Below, one piece after another: positions 44,872 through 58,867 of a stretch of 64,000 nt of DNA. Under the pieces are notes generated by a model that did no database searches, was not told the origin of the DNA, and saw only the letters and a program-made list of their open reading frames with translations. The position numbers were made by a program, and so were the translations under genes. How positions within the stretch are numbered: the first letter of the stretch is position 1; each line of letters opens with the position of its first letter. This DNA is from Halocafeteria seosinensis (lineage: Eukaryota): positions 1 to 64,000 of the forward strand of contig LVLI01000533.1 of the NCBI GenBank assembly GCA_001687465.1, given 5' to 3'.

Positions 44872-45031
44872 TGGATCAATGGGAGATACTTATATCGTTT
44901 AGTCTCCATTTGGTTCTAGGGTTTTTGGATCAATGGGAGATACTTATATCTTTAGTCTCCGTTTGGTTCTAGGTTTTTTGGATCAATGGGAGATACTTAT
45001 ATGTTAAGTCTCAGTTTGGTTCTAGGTTTTT
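44872..45031. repeat. Minisatellite, 3 copies of a 53-54 bp unit
   Basis: TGGATCAATGGGAGATACTTATAT..TTAGTCTC..TTTGGTTCTAGG.TTTT starting at 44872, 44926 and 44979. Confidence 0.92.
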
Positions 45032-45985
45032 TACCGTTCTCTGTCAGCCTGCCGTCCTGTGGTCCATGGAGCTCGAATGGGACATTAGTGGCCAGTCTTG
45101 TAGATATTAAATGCGGTACGTTGTATGTATCTGCATCAAATTTACTGACTATACGACCATCTACATTTTTTCTTTTGATTGTAGTGATATTAATAATTCA
45201 CCGTGAGTGTAAACGTTTACCATCTACTACAGGCTTACTTCCAGACTCGTCAACCAGACTAGGAGGTGGCAAGTTGCCGCCACTGGCGCTCCGTCGTCCT
45301 GCGACCCGCGAGAAGACTGCGACTGAGCTCTCTCAGGAGGGCATTCGAACTTCTAAATACTTTCGATTGTGGAGGGTTGTCGGTGGAGATTGAATATGAG
45401 ACACACGTGGATACAACAAATGGCTCATGTGATTTAAAAGAGTAGTACGCACCATCATAGGTGTGTGTGTGTGTGAGGGGAGTGGGTCGTGGTGTCAGTT
45501 TGTGGTGGTGTTCTGAATATTTTTGCCCCCCGGGCAGTCATTTCATACATTTTCAGAATTACCACCAGAACAACACATACGCATAGAGTGTTATTTCTTT
45601 ACACGCCTCCGACAGGCTCAAACTACGCTCTTCAGGTAAGCANCCGCCGGTGCGCTTCCTTTTGTCCGGGAAGTCTCGGTGTCAGCTTCTTGGGCTGGAT
45701 TGCCATCTGCTTTGCCCCCTATGCCAATGAAGATATACTATTTCAAGGTCGAACTGAAAGACTACCCCAGCCTTTCTCCGTGAGTGATCGCTCAACAGAC
45801 CGAGGCGTGTATGGGCTCTGTTGACGATGGCACTTCCAAGTCCGATGTTCTTCCGCTGCCCCTTCTCACCACGTATCACTAACGTTTCTTCGTTTTCGTT
45901 TTTCACGCAGATATGGTAAGCTTTTAACGACTTCGTCATGTATAGTCGCAGCCGGCAATTCCTACCATCCCATCGTTCTGAGGAC

Positions 45986-48900
45986 TCAAGTTTGGTCTTG
46001 CTCGGCATCGTTCTCCATGTTTTCGTCATCATCAACGTCCCCCGTTCCGGAATCAGCGTTAGGGTTCCCTTCCTCATCACTTTCCTCATTGTCAGCTCCT
46101 TCGTCATGATCCTGGTGAATATCGACGAAGGGGGTAAACTTTAACGTAGTAGCTTCTAATTGCTCTCGGGCCTGCAAATATACGGCACTGAAATGGTCAA
46201 CCGAACTTCTGTCTTCTAGTAAAGTACCGGTGACTTACCTCATCTGCCCCTAAACTGCTGACGGAACCCATTTTGGATTTCCACTCTTGCATCAATGAGG
46301 TTATCTTAAATAAAGTGGTGGTCGGCGGAGACTGTATCCAGCAAATTGTCGCCGTCAAGAATGTAGCTCCAGTGCTAATACAGCGCGAAAACTTACCATT
46401 GGTGAAAAACCTGTGCCTTCCCCAACAACGTGACCATCAACGATGCCTTCTCCGGTCTTAAGCGCCTGTAAGGTTCTATGAAGCTGGGATAACGACTCAG
46501 GTGAAAATTCTCCGTCGATGTTTGCAAGACAATTCCAGAGAGTGGTGAGACTGGAAGACTTTAGGGTGTCCTTTGTAGAGTCTGTTAGCTCCTCCGAAGG
46601 ATTGGAAACTATTGAAAGGGCCTGCTCTACAGAGGAATGGTCGTCTTCTTTGTAGGTAAACAACTCATTCAGAGCATGATCAAGTAGCCGTAGTAGCCAC
46701 ACCAGCCGATTGAAAAATAGTACATCCACGCGTTTACTCATTACATCAAGTTTTGGAGAAGCAATGGGGGTCAGAGTCATCAACTTGAATATCATAGAAG
46801 CGTCGCCTGCGACACCCGCCGAAAGATGATGCACCCGGGACTGTCGGCATCCCACATCGTCACTATGTGTTAGCGCCAGAGAAAATACGGATTCCAGAGC
46901 ATCTTGATCGTACAACCACTCAACGTAGTCAAAAGTACTTGCGAGCTTGAAGGGTTTGAACTTCTTTAAAAACTTTTCATATTGGTCCCCACCCAGGACG
47001 GTATTCCCACACTTCTTTTCCACGACTTGTCGTACGCTTCGTTCTTTTTCAATAAATGCATGAACTGTTTGTTGTTTTCGCCGTTCACCATCTCGTTCGC
47101 AATCACCCCGGCTCATAAGCACCTCCTGAAGAGTATCTAGCACCTTTGCCTCCATTGTCAAATACTCTTGCCGGGCTCGGCGACGAAGAGTGTTCTCCCC
47201 TCTATCTTGGAGAAACACGGCCGCACATGCAGATAGTTTCCTGCGGAATTTGCTGGAGGCCGATAGAGAGAGTGGTCCGACGGGAAACTTATCAAGTAAT
47301 TGAACAAGGAGTGAAATACTAGAGGGAGCGTACAACAGTTCTTCTGGGGAGTCCATAAAAGGCTGCATGTGATAACTACCTTTCTTAGTGAGGGGTACAC
47401 CACTTCCCTTAATCCTTTGAATCACAGAGTCAACATCAAGCTTCTTGAACTGCCGAACTTCTTCCGCAGTCGTCGCGTCAAGCTTGCTAGTATACTCTTG
47501 AAGGTAGTCCAAGGTTGCCGAAGGTAATTCCGCATCGCCAAATACAGAACGTGGAACTACGGCAGGCCGAGCAACGCTACGAGCGAAGTCTACGTAATCA
47601 GGAGTGTTTGAACCAAGATATATACTGCACCAAACGCAAAACGTGTACACAGGGAACTCATTGACGATCACAGTCTAGTATCGTACACTTCATGTAACGG
47701 CTCATCGGTGGTAATGTATTCCGTCTTTCCGTCTCGTTCTCGAGGAATTTTGGAGTGTTGTGAGTAGAAGTGTGTTATTCTCGCCTGGGTCCAGCAAAGG
47801 GGTGTTATAGCGGACAACACAAAAGACATCCGTGGTTGCATGTACATGACTTACCATTCTGAACGAGCTATCTTGGTCATCCCAGATATCGACGATCTCA
47901 TCTACAGCGTAAGATTTCCTTTGGTGCGAAAGGAAATGTCCATACTTTTCAATTGTATGCTCACCCTCCTTTGGATTTGCGGTGGCGTACACGAATACGC
48001 GGACATTGGGATCAAGAGCTTTGCGAACTTCCGAAAAAGAGTCATAAGTATCGTCTTCCTCTTCATCTCCCTCCACCAGTTCTCTTTTCATCGCCGTTAG
48101 GTTGATGGTCGTATCGGACATCAGAAGTGGATGGTTAGATCGGCGAATACTCGGCACTAACCGACCCAGGATGTTCGAAGGGATGGGTAACGTATCACCC
48201 TGAGAATCTGCAGTTTTCGAGCTTCTCCCTTCCATAAAGATATCGCACAATGCCTGGCATATTCCATCCTCCCAGGAAAGCTCCACTACGGTGACGGCTT
48301 CTTCAAATCGTGGTTGCGGAGATCTCTGCAGGCCTTTCTTGTTCGGCTTCATATCACACCAATTTTCGTCCTCTACAACCCTACGCAGCTGACACCGACG
48401 CTCCATCACATGACAAAGCAGACCTAACGTAGTCTGTAGGATCGTCCGTAAGCTGTAGCAACTGCTTAGTGAGGTATCAAGGGAGACACGTGCTAGCATT
48501 ATCCACAGCGACTGAATTGCAGCGGTCGTGTACGCCAGTGGGTTGACGAGGAAATTGTTAACAATCGTATGACATACAACCGAGATGCACTTTTGGAGGT
48601 ACTCTGGGTGGAGAGCGCCGCTTGATCGTTGTATGGATACAAAGGGTGACTCAAACAGACAACCCGTATTACCTCCGAGAGCACTGAGGATCCATTTCCA
48701 ACAAGAGAGATCTGGAATCCACAAAGACTTCCTTCCAGTGCGCTTGGACTCCATGCATGCACGCCGGAAGAGCATATTATCAATCATGGCTACATGTCGC
48801 GACGGTTGCAGGGAACTTCCAGAATTTAAATTGACCGGTTTCCAGAGGGAATTTGGCTCAAGAGAGCGTTCTTCAGTGCCGTTCGTACTTGTATGATCCA

Positions 48901-49561
48901 CCGATTGATGTTGATAGTTGCAATCGAAGGCATCCCAACTGCGAACTTCCATGGTCATGGCAGAATGCAGCACGTTTAAGGCTTTCAGAGACAGGTCACT
49001 TCCCCCGAACATAGTCCAGAACAAAAGCCATTTCATAACGTAAGGACGAGGAACTTGCAAAAGAAATCCTTTGTCTCGTAGTCCCTTATCTAGAGCTCTT
49101 TCAGCTACAAGGAGTAGCTCTCCTAGGATCACTTCAGTCGTCCGCTGATCCTCAAGTGATTCGTGACACTGAGTCCGGAACGGCTGTGCCAGGGGCTCAC
49201 CGAATTTACCACAAAGCGTTTCAAACTTGTCATTCAGCGTATCTGGAACTGTTTTCTCCTCCCTCATTCCTTCGATTGACGTATTTGTATCCATCTCTGT
49301 ATCATTTCCCTCTTCCTTGATTTGTTGTGCTTGAGAGCCTGGTTCGGGTTTCACCATTGGTTCCTCCCTGTCCGCATTGCCGGCCCCTACTCCACTTCCA
49401 CTAGTTTGAGGCTCATCGCTATGTTTGAAATAGCAGGTTTCGGTGAGCTCAGGTTCCTCCAAGTCTTTTTGTAAAGCATCTAGGAAGTCTCCGAATTTCA
49501 AATTCTTGAGGCAAGGGGCTTGAGAGAAGAAGACCTCTCCATCGTAGCTCCACTCCGACAT
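45986..49561 (-). CDS. Large multi-exon protein with SLF2/FAM178 (Nse6-like) motifs and an acidic tail
   Basis: VPRPYVMKWLLFW..LSLKALNVL, WIPDLSCWKWILSALG and YTTAAIQSLWIMLARVSLD..L...LQTTLGLL. Five exons join in frame through GT-AG introns to a stop at 45986. The gene is well supported; the family call is tentative. Confidence 0.6.
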
Positions 49562-49945
49562 CGTCCGAATCAAAACTAATTATTTATACGATCCTTTCCT
49601 TAGTAATCCCTTTAGAATATGCTACATGCGTCTGAACAAAGTCACTTTTGATTTGAAATCACTTCAGTCTTTTTTTCTTTTTTAATTCTTTTCACCCCTC
49701 TACGTGTTTATTCATGCATACATAAGACCACTACAAAAATACGTACTCTTCTTGTATATATCCTTACATGGAAAAGCAATCCTGGAGCTGATAGAGCGTG
49801 TATCAGGTGAGACAAAAGATGAAAGGTTGTGAACTTCAACTTGTTTATCTTGTATACACTACCAATCGAGATCATTATGGTAGTTTGTATGCCCGGAAAT
49901 TGACTGGTTGGATGGATATCTGGTGGGGAATGTGTTGGGGAAAAT

Positions 49946-52402
49946 ATGGAACACATCGATGAATTCAATGATAAACTGGGAGCCGCGTTTGAGGCTCTCA
50001 GCTCCAAACACTTTTATCAAGCTCTACAATACCTTATACAGCTTCGGAAGTCATTGTCCAAGGCCAAACATTCCATACACAGTAGCAGCAGACGACAGCA
50101 GTCGCGGAATACTGGAGTATCATCGTCCAGCGTGTCTGCAGGAGCAGCAGGAGGACGGCAAGAGGACCCAGTAGGTCGATGTTCATAATCATATGATGGT
50201 GTTTAAATGGGAATTCAAGAGTCTATTCCGTGTGTTTGTGCACATGCAGCTTCTGAGAGAGTATAATGCGCGAATGGAGGTGAGAACTGGCTATGCTATA
50301 TATAGGGCGAAATTATTACCTTAAAATCCAAACAAATTCCAAACTACGCAGACCATTCAAGCCGTAGAGGAGAAGCTGAAGCATACAGTGTTGGAAGAGA
50401 AAAATCATGTCGAGGTGGATCATGTGGAGAAACTTAAAGAAATATGGAGCGTAGCAGCGCAATTGGGGGACACTGACGTAAACGAGTGGTTCTCCCGACT
50501 GGTAGTGGATCAGTTCCGTGAGACTTCCTTCTCTATTCTCAAGTACGTTAGGGTAGGAAGGGATGCCATGATGCACGAAATATTCATTCCAAATTCTCAC
50601 CGTGCAGGAAGCTAGACACCATGACTACCCTCAAGGGCGTGTCTAACAAACAGGGTAGCTCCGCAGCTGCCAGTGGAGTCGGCGACGACCCCAATCAAGA
50701 AGGTTGGGCAGCTCACCCCGAGGTAGCTGCGTTGGTAGAATTACTAGGAGAAGCGAGCACATGGATCACTCAGGTGATGGAAGAAAAAGCTCCGCATAGA
50801 GCGCGCTCTATTGTTGTTACTGCCTTACATGAAGAATCTTGCACTCAGTCTCTTAAGATTATTCAAAAGTTTTGTGAGGGAAAGGAGGTTGTAGAGTTTT
50901 TGCGGACCGTACGAGAGAGTCGCCACAATGATAGCATTGATATTGTTTCCAAGTATTCTGATAAAGAGGAGAAAGATGAGAAGTGGAAGAAATTTGATGA
51001 AGTCTTAGATCAGTATTCCTTTGTCCTGCAGGTCGCTGAACGCTACTTGCGTTTGGTAACCGTGAGTCTGTCTCTTGGTACAATGGCCGAAGGGAGTAAA
51101 CTGAGATGTCCTTTAACCAAGCGTTGCCAGGAAATGATCAGTGACTATGTCATGATGGAGCAAACTTTTATCAGCGATCGAAGCGAAACGGTGCTCAAGT
51201 CTTCCGTCGAGATAACAACGGAAAACGGGTTTTCCGCCGCTTCCTGGCCGGACGATTTGTTTTTTGTTGTATACAAATCGATATGTCGTTCGGCGTCAAC
51301 CCACAACGTTATGGCTTGCGCGGCGTGCTCGAACAATGCCGTGCAGCACCTGACAGATTGTACGAACAGGCTGATACAAGCGAACGCTGCATATTGCGAT
51401 TCCAGTAGCGGTACTCCCTCGGGGCTAAGCGTACTCGAAAACTTATTTTCGGAAACTGAACAACGTCAAACAGAATCTAGTCAAAGCAATGGTGGCCCAC
51501 AAGACGATATTGAAGGGGATTTGCACGCAGCATTATCGGCATTACTCAGAGATGACGATAGTTCCTACGGAAAGAAATCTGAAGAGCAGAGCGGAAAATC
51601 CCCATCAAAGCAGGTGAAGAAAGCCTCAAAACCCTCCCGATTACCGTCGCGGACACTCTGTTGTTTGAATTCCATGGCTATGGCGAAGGAATTTTCTACT
51701 GAGTTGGTCTTTAAGTTTACGAATGAAGTTAACAGGGTGTTCCCTCGAACTGGTGTCGATTCGACGAATTCCAACGATGAAGACCTACGTCCAGAATTTG
51801 AATACTCAAAGAGTGAACTTCAGCAAGTGTCGAGAAAGTTCAGTAATGGATTAAATTCCTGCTCTGCAAATTTCGTCAAGAGTGTTTTTGTCCCTCAAAT
51901 TTTCCGTGTTCGCGAAATCATCACTGTAGCCGACTACCAGACACAGGATGTGAGCATCCTGGAAAGAACGCACAGCGATCTAGCGGATGTAGTTCATAAT
52001 CTCATCATGGAATCCAGATGTTCCCTTATTACGCAATATCTCATAGATGATGCCGTTATCGCTGTGTGGCAAAGCTTTTGTGACTTGGTTGCGAATGAAA
52101 TTATGCAGGGGATTCATGATAACCAATTCACTGAGGTTGGCGGGCTAAGGCTGCATCAGGAGTGTGATAAGGTGAACACAGTATTGAAGTCTATGGTAGA
52201 TACCTCAACAACCAATCAGGAAATGCAAAAGCTACTTCAATTGACGAAGGTTTTATCAGTCGAGAGAGTAACTGACTTATACACGTTATATTTTCCCAAG
52301 AGTCGTATATCGCGGAAGGATGTTGAGACGATAGTCTCACAACGCACTGATCTCCAAGTCCGAGATATTGAATGGGAAAAGATCCCAATTAAGTCTACAT
52401 GA
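49946..52402 (+). CDS. COG4: Conserved oligomeric Golgi complex subunit 4-like; multi-exon
   Basis: QEMISDYVMMEQTFI, SWPDDLFFVVYKSICRSAST..MACA, and C-terminal FTEVGGLRL..KLLQLTKVLSVE..RISRKDVETIVSQRTDL match the COG4 pattern. Confidence 0.75.
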
Positions 52403-52452
52403 TTAGTCCAGTCAGGCTGTAGGCATCTATTACAAGGGCATGTACTTGATAT

Positions 52453-54890
52453 CTAGCAGCATTTGGGATTCGAATCAGGGCACCGGAAATAATCAGGCCA
52501 TTGGCTTGGACAATAATTGTTCATCTGGGTGTACAATGGAATGCTGTTATAGTGGTTCAACTCCATCCAGTATTCGCCCATCAACTGGCAGTAGTTACCG
52601 TTCTCGCTACTATGCAATCCCTCGCCGCACACAGACTCATCGAATTTGGAAGAGGAAAACAAGTTCATCTGGTAGTTGTCCTTCGGCGTCTGCTCCGTGG
52701 CTTCGTATTCCGGGATCACTCCTTTCAGACCTACTTTCCAGCCATGTGCTGCAAAGGCCGAACACACCATACTGTAGTTTTGCCCATTGTCGTACAGCCA
52801 ACTGTCCTGCTCAGGAATTGCGGTAATTTCCGCAATAGTTTTGTTATGGGTGACGAGCCAGTCGGTCACGCACTCCATCGTGCTGCACGATTGGCCAGTT
52901 CGGTGATTCAAGGCAGCAATGAATAAGGAGTACACGCTTGTTTCCGAGTTCGGTGGAAACAGGCCACCCCAAACATTCAACACAGTTTGCAATTCCCTGG
53001 AGACAACAACAGCAGATAATATTACTTGACGGTGGTTAAAACGAGATTAACATTAGTCACGTACCAAGTGCCGAGAGGTGCCGGAAAATTGCGCTCGGGA
53101 TCACTCGTGTCCATGAAGGAATACAACCTGCTTTTGCACAGTTCGGAAGGATTAAGACATTGGGCTCTTCAAACGCTCATGCAAACATACATATTGTGAA
53201 ATCCGTATGGCATTCCTTCTACCTGTTTAAACCAGGTCCAGTACGCGTCTTCATCAAACTTAGAGGCATACTCTTCAGCGAGTGGCAGCACCTGTATATC
53301 ATCAGGGCGATGTGAACTTACATTTGGAAACCGCACGAGAATACAACAGATACCTACATTGACATGGTAGCTTGCATTGTGAGCAAGTTCAATCCACCTA
53401 TCCCAAGGAGTTCGGATTAGTCCGTACGGAGGTGGCCAGTAGACCTTCCCGAAAGGATCGGCCGCTGAATGGTATACCCGAAGCAGTTACCAACTGACTA
53501 AGAAATAAATTACATGCCACTCTGCACCACTTACCCGTACTCTCTGTAACGTACAGCTGATCGCCTTCCCACACAGCCAAGGCAGAGTGGCCAGTAACAC
53601 TTCCCGTTCCGTACATGACTGCGGATAAAGGCATACGATGAATGATTTATAACATGAGCATCCTTCAGGGCAAACTTACTCATAGGGTCTAAACCGTCAA
53701 AGCGAGCAATAGCCAAGTAGTCACCGGAATTGATGTTAGACTTATCGATGTTCACATGTTGGGCGAACTTCTTCAATTCGGGGTAAATCTGAACACACAG
53801 GAAGTATATAACATAATCATTCTCTTCGAATAATTAAATTTGTTCGGATGCTACTCAACATTGTTGTGCTTACCCCTTTGTAATGCAAAAAGTCGGCATT
53901 TCGTTCCAACAGTGATTGACCTTCTCCCACAAAGAGGCCGGCTGTTTTCACCAAGCTTTGGATTGAACCCAGAATACCGCACGGTAAGAACTGTATCACG
54001 ATTTCATTTGCCAAAGAGAAACTCGTGGTTCAACTTAATGAATCCCAGTCTCCATGACGCCAGACAACAAACGTACCATTATGTGAACACCATTTTTGCT
54101 CACATCCAGATGCTGGTTCGTTCCGCTTACAGAGAACGGAAGTGTTTGACTACTATCCAACGTTGAAATGTCCAAGATTCCCAAGACGCCATAGGAGGTC
54201 GTTATCAAATACGTGTCACTACAAGCAGTCGAATTCGTTTGAGAGCCTCCAAGGGTCAACGAATACTTTGCTCCCCCGGTAGAGGATAGTTTGGCTTGCA
54301 TGTGCTGGAAGCAGCTTCCGGTCCACGTGACAGCTTGGTTGGGAAACACAGAGGCGGCCGTTCCGGGTGCAAGTTCAAAGTAGCTGTTATTCGGGCACCA
54401 TTTCTTATCCCTACTTTCGCGCACTTTTGTCCATGAACCCGGGGAACGCGCAGCGAATAATGCCTTGGAAGCATCGAGTATGCTCTCCTTGAGATATTGA
54501 ACTTTCTCATTGTTCACTCCAATGTGTTCCTCCCACATCAACTGCATTAGACACATACACACATGCAGGCCAGAGTGGAAGCATTCGTGCCAGGGGAAAG
54601 AGAGAAAAAGTCAATATATACAACGATAATGGGAAAAAAACAGCAGGCGGAAGCGGGACCCTTTTTTGCTCCCTTTGCATTTCCCCAAAGAGCGTTCCTT
54701 CAAGGACGCTCCATTGAACACTACTTACCTTGGCCAGAAATCCTCCTTTTTCGGCGCATTGGTTCCGAGAATCGCCCTCCAAGCAAGTCACTGCTCGAGG
54801 CAACTCGTCCGCTTGGTCATAGCCGAATGCAGTGGGCACCACAAGCCCTATGCAGGCTACAAGTGCCAGCGTTCGGGTGGAAAATGCCAT
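52453..54890 (-). CDS. Secreted permuted papain-like (NlpC/P60-type) protein, paralogue A; ~9 exons
   Basis: Signal peptide MAFSTRTLALVACIGLVVPTAFG. Motifs SGDYLAIARFDGLDPM, GHSALAVW..LYVTEST, EGMPYGFHN, SMVCSAF and EQTPKDNYQM, with His preceding Cys. Confidence 0.7.
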
Positions 54891-55216
54891 GTTTTCCTCC
54901 CTTCTCCCGAACAAAACGTCCCGTTCGCGCGACCGTATCACTGTCAATAGTATCTACACAAGTAGAAATGTTGTGCTGAATCCTTACTGTACGACAATAC
55001 AGCCGACTACTGGAAGTGATTTTTAGGAAAGGAACTGCACTTCCGCTCGTATCTCCCCAACGGCGACGGAGTTCCCAGACTACTTAAAGGTAGATCGACG
55101 CTTCGCGTCTAGAGATAGAAAGTGTACAATTTTCGGTGGATGGAGCTGTATACTAGGCCCAGTGGACACAGAGAGGCGAGAGCGAGAGACGGCGTTGTCT
55201 ATTATGTTGCATCCGC

Positions 55217-57615
55217 TTAGCAGCACTGAGGATTGGAATCTGGACAGCGGAAGTAGTCTGGCCACTTGCTAGGACAGTGGTTATTCATTTGCTCATACAA
55301 AGGTATACTATTGAATCCCTCCAAATCCATCCAGTATTCCCCCATAATTTGACAGTAGTTTCCATTCGCGCTGGTGTGGAGCCCATTCGGGCAAACGGAA
55401 GCGTCGATTCTCGACGTAGAAAAGAGCTTCATTTGACAATTGTCTTTCGGAGTTTGCTCAGTAGCCTCATAATCGGGGATCACGCCTTTCAGACCTACTT
55501 TCCATCCATGCGCAGTAAATACTGAGCAAACCAAACTATAGTTTTGGCCATACATCCACTCATCTTGCTCGGGAATTGCAGTCACTTCTCCAATAGTCTT
55601 GTTGTGGTTAACCAACCAATCAGTTACGCACGTCATGTCCTTACAGGATTGGCCAGTACGATGATTCAGAGCTTGGATGAACAGTGAGTAGACACTAGTA
55701 TGATCTTCCGGGGCATAGAGGGTACTCCAGACATTCAGAAGAGTTTGAATTTCCCTGTGAGACGAGAAAGGGGGCTAAAAATAATCCCCAGTCCAGCCAT
55801 CCAGTGAAAGATATTAGCTTACCAATTTCCTATGGGAGACGGAAAGTTACGTTCAGGGTCGCTGGTATCCATGAAAGAGTAGAGCCTGAGGACATACACA
55901 ATGTACTCACACTAACGAATTGAATGCAGTGTTGGCATACAGCAGAGCAATGTTTACTTACATGTTATGAAAGCCGTAGGGCATGCCTTCCACAGTCCGA
56001 AACCACTTCCAATAAGCGTCCGTGTCGAACTTCTGGGAGTACTCTTCAGCCAGTGGGAGAAACTGCGAAGCGAAGACGCATTATGGAAGCCGCGGCTACT
56101 GATACTCCTCGGATACCAGCAAACCTTACGTTTACATGGTAACTGGCATTCCTGGCAAGCTTCACCCAGGTGTCCCACTTTGTTCGTATAATCCCGTAAG
56201 GAGGAGGCCAGAATACGGTTCCAAACGGATCAGCAGCTGAATCCATACAACAAATTAATCCATTTGTATGCATTCAAGAAATCGTCCATGGGAGCAAATA
56301 TAACGAGCTTACCAGTGCTCTCACAAACGTAAAGCTCGTCGTCGTCCCAAACGGCAAGAGCAGCATGACCTGTCTGTCCTCCAGTCCCATACATAACTGT
56401 ACAAAAGCAACGGGAATTGGCAAAACCATCACCATCAATGTTTCCAAGCTGTTTATGCACGGTACGGCATTGTTCTTACTCATTGGGCTTAATCCATCAA
56501 ATCTGGAGATAGCGAGGTAGTCACCAGATTTAATGAGGGATTTGTCTAACTCTACAAACTCGTTATACTTCTTGAGCTCTTTGTAAATCTGCATAATTTC
56601 AACGTAAAGAATACTCCTATTCAAATATTTGACGGATTCAGGGTGACACGAACCCCTTTATACTTCAGGAATTTGGCGTTACGCTCAAGAAGTGGTTGGC
56701 CGTTTCCAACGAAGAGTCCGACTGTTTTCACCAAACTTTCAATTGAACCCAGAATTCCACAAGGCATAAACTGCACTTTGTAGAGCCAGTAGCAAGCATT
56801 CGATTTAACTGTCGGTTTATATAGCAAGTATTGCTTCTGTTTCCTTACCAGTATGTGTACTCCGTTCTGCATCAAGTCAATATGTTGGTTGGAGCCGGCT
56901 ACAGAAAACGGTAAACTTTGGCTGTTATCCAGCGTCGAGATATCCAGCAATCCTAAGATATCATAAGAGGTTACAATCAAGTACGTATCACTGCATCCCG
57001 TGGAATTTGTGTTGGAGCCTCCCAGAGTCAATGTGTAGTTGTCGCCCCCCATGGAAGTTAGCTTTGCCTGCATCTGGCTAAAGCAGCTTCCCTCCCAAGT
57101 GGCAGAGTTCCCCGGGCTTACAGAAGCCGCAGTTCCGGGAAAGAACTCAAAATAGCTATCTTCTGGGCACCATTTTTGATCTCTGTTCTCTCGAATCCCA
57201 CTCCATACTCGGGGAGACCGAGCAGCGAAGAGGTGCTTGGTTGCTCGGAGGAGGCCATCTTTGAGTGGTTGAACCCGGTCATTCGTCACACCGATATGCT
57301 CATCCCACAACTTCTGCACGTAACATGAGAAAAGATGATGTAACATATCGTTGTTTTCGGCTCTTTCTCAAGGACAAAGTGAGAGCGAGTACAAATGCAT
57401 GCAATAAACGTCAGCGTCTTCACTTCCAAAGCTGCTCCTACACGCACCTCAGCTAGATTCTGTCCCTTGTGCACGCATACAGCTTCACTGTCGCTGGTCA
57501 AACACGGTATATGGTCTGCAGCGGATACTGCGTGTGCAATAGTGCATGCGAGGGCACTAATAAGTGTAGCGATGCATCCGATGCGGTGGATAATTTGGCC
57601 GCCGTAGCACCGCAT
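55217..57615 (-). CDS. Secreted permuted papain-like (NlpC/P60-type) protein, paralogue B
   Basis: Tandem paralogue with matching exon layout. Motifs SGDYLAISRFDGLSPM, GHAALAVW, EGMPYGFHN and SLVCSVF; ends WPDYFRCPDSNPQCC. Confidence 0.7.
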
Positions 57616-58867
57616 TGTGCGTTCAGGGGAAAAAAATTAACCAGATCCGTATTTATTTAGTGAGCACAATCGAAGCTAACAAACAACTCCATTTCCGTCG
57701 TGGGTTTAGGCAGTGGGCACGACTAGAATCGGTCTTTGATCGAAGCGAGCTGCGCTGCACTGCACCAAGAGTCAATGCGTTTGTACAATGTTACGGTGAC
57801 CAGGATGTGACCCAGTTCTGCTGCCTGGAACGCCCTAAAGATTTAAACATGGAATTGCAACCACTATAAAACAGTCAGGACACTACCTCTGTACAATGGG
57901 ACGTACTATATATAGAGTGATACAACAACTAGCGTTGGAATCCCAAGCGGAACCAGCGTTGGACATTGGAATTCAACAGTACTGGAATTTGACGGATTTC
58001 CAAACCCACCAATGGTTTTGGCTAGTTTCATTAGCTTGCCTATTTTCTGTCAAAAGTTGCTGCCGTTGGTTCACCTACACTGTGAACAGCAAATCTGCGA
58101 AGACAACTAAAATTCTGGAGTCTCGCTCGACCAGCCCCCCTCTGTGTAGTGCTGGCGGTGGTCAATTCTCTGTGGCTGATCCGGCACGAATATAATATAT
58201 GGAATATGGAATCCTTGGGCAAAACTGGAAACTCACGGATCTGCTGGATCTGGAAATTGAGGAAGCTCCCGCCGAGCAAGTTGGAAGAACTTCCTACTGG
58301 TTCTTCGTAAGGAGAATAGAAGTTTCATCCATGGGGTCGTGATCGTGTAACCCTTGCACCAACTACACTGTACTGTACTGTACCTGAGCAACAGCAACGG
58401 ACAACTTTGGCAACTGACTCTGCGTAAGCATGATCATGATAAACAATGACGCGTACACTGTACACTAGGATACTTCATGCTGTGGTACAATACATGTACA
58501 CACATGGTCGTCCTAGTGAATTTCAGAGCGTGGACTTCAATCTTTTCACAGGTCAAACCAATCAGTCACTGCTTGCGCGGTTTCGAACCAAAACTAGCTG
58601 GTCGCCCGAGAGGAATCGATTCCCGTCTCGTGCTCGAATCTCGGGGTTGCAGTACTGGAGTACTACTGAGTCCCTCCGACGGGCCTCCGTCCAACGTCAC
58701 TTCAAGGACGACGGGAGTCCACGGGACAAATCGCACAATTACGTAATACGACACTACTACACACAGACGTTGGCGGTTGTTGAGCTGAAGCTGCCCTGTC
58801 TACGTCCAGTGTATTTTACCCGTGATTCTGTCTGTGTAAGCGTGCTTGCAAGACTTGCTGCAACACG

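Noticed and set aside
44872..45031. Possible CRISPR array
   Set aside because: Units are contiguous near-identical repeats with no unique spacers, no cas genes are present, and the context is eukaryotic.
45461..45475. (GT)n tract as another micro-element copy
   Set aside because: Upstream sequence does not match the 24-nt core and no flanking duplication is visible.
57870..58440. TGGAA-rich intergenic stretch with an NQRWTL ricin-like peptide
   Set aside because: A single short motif among multiple stops; no regular periodicity; insufficient support.
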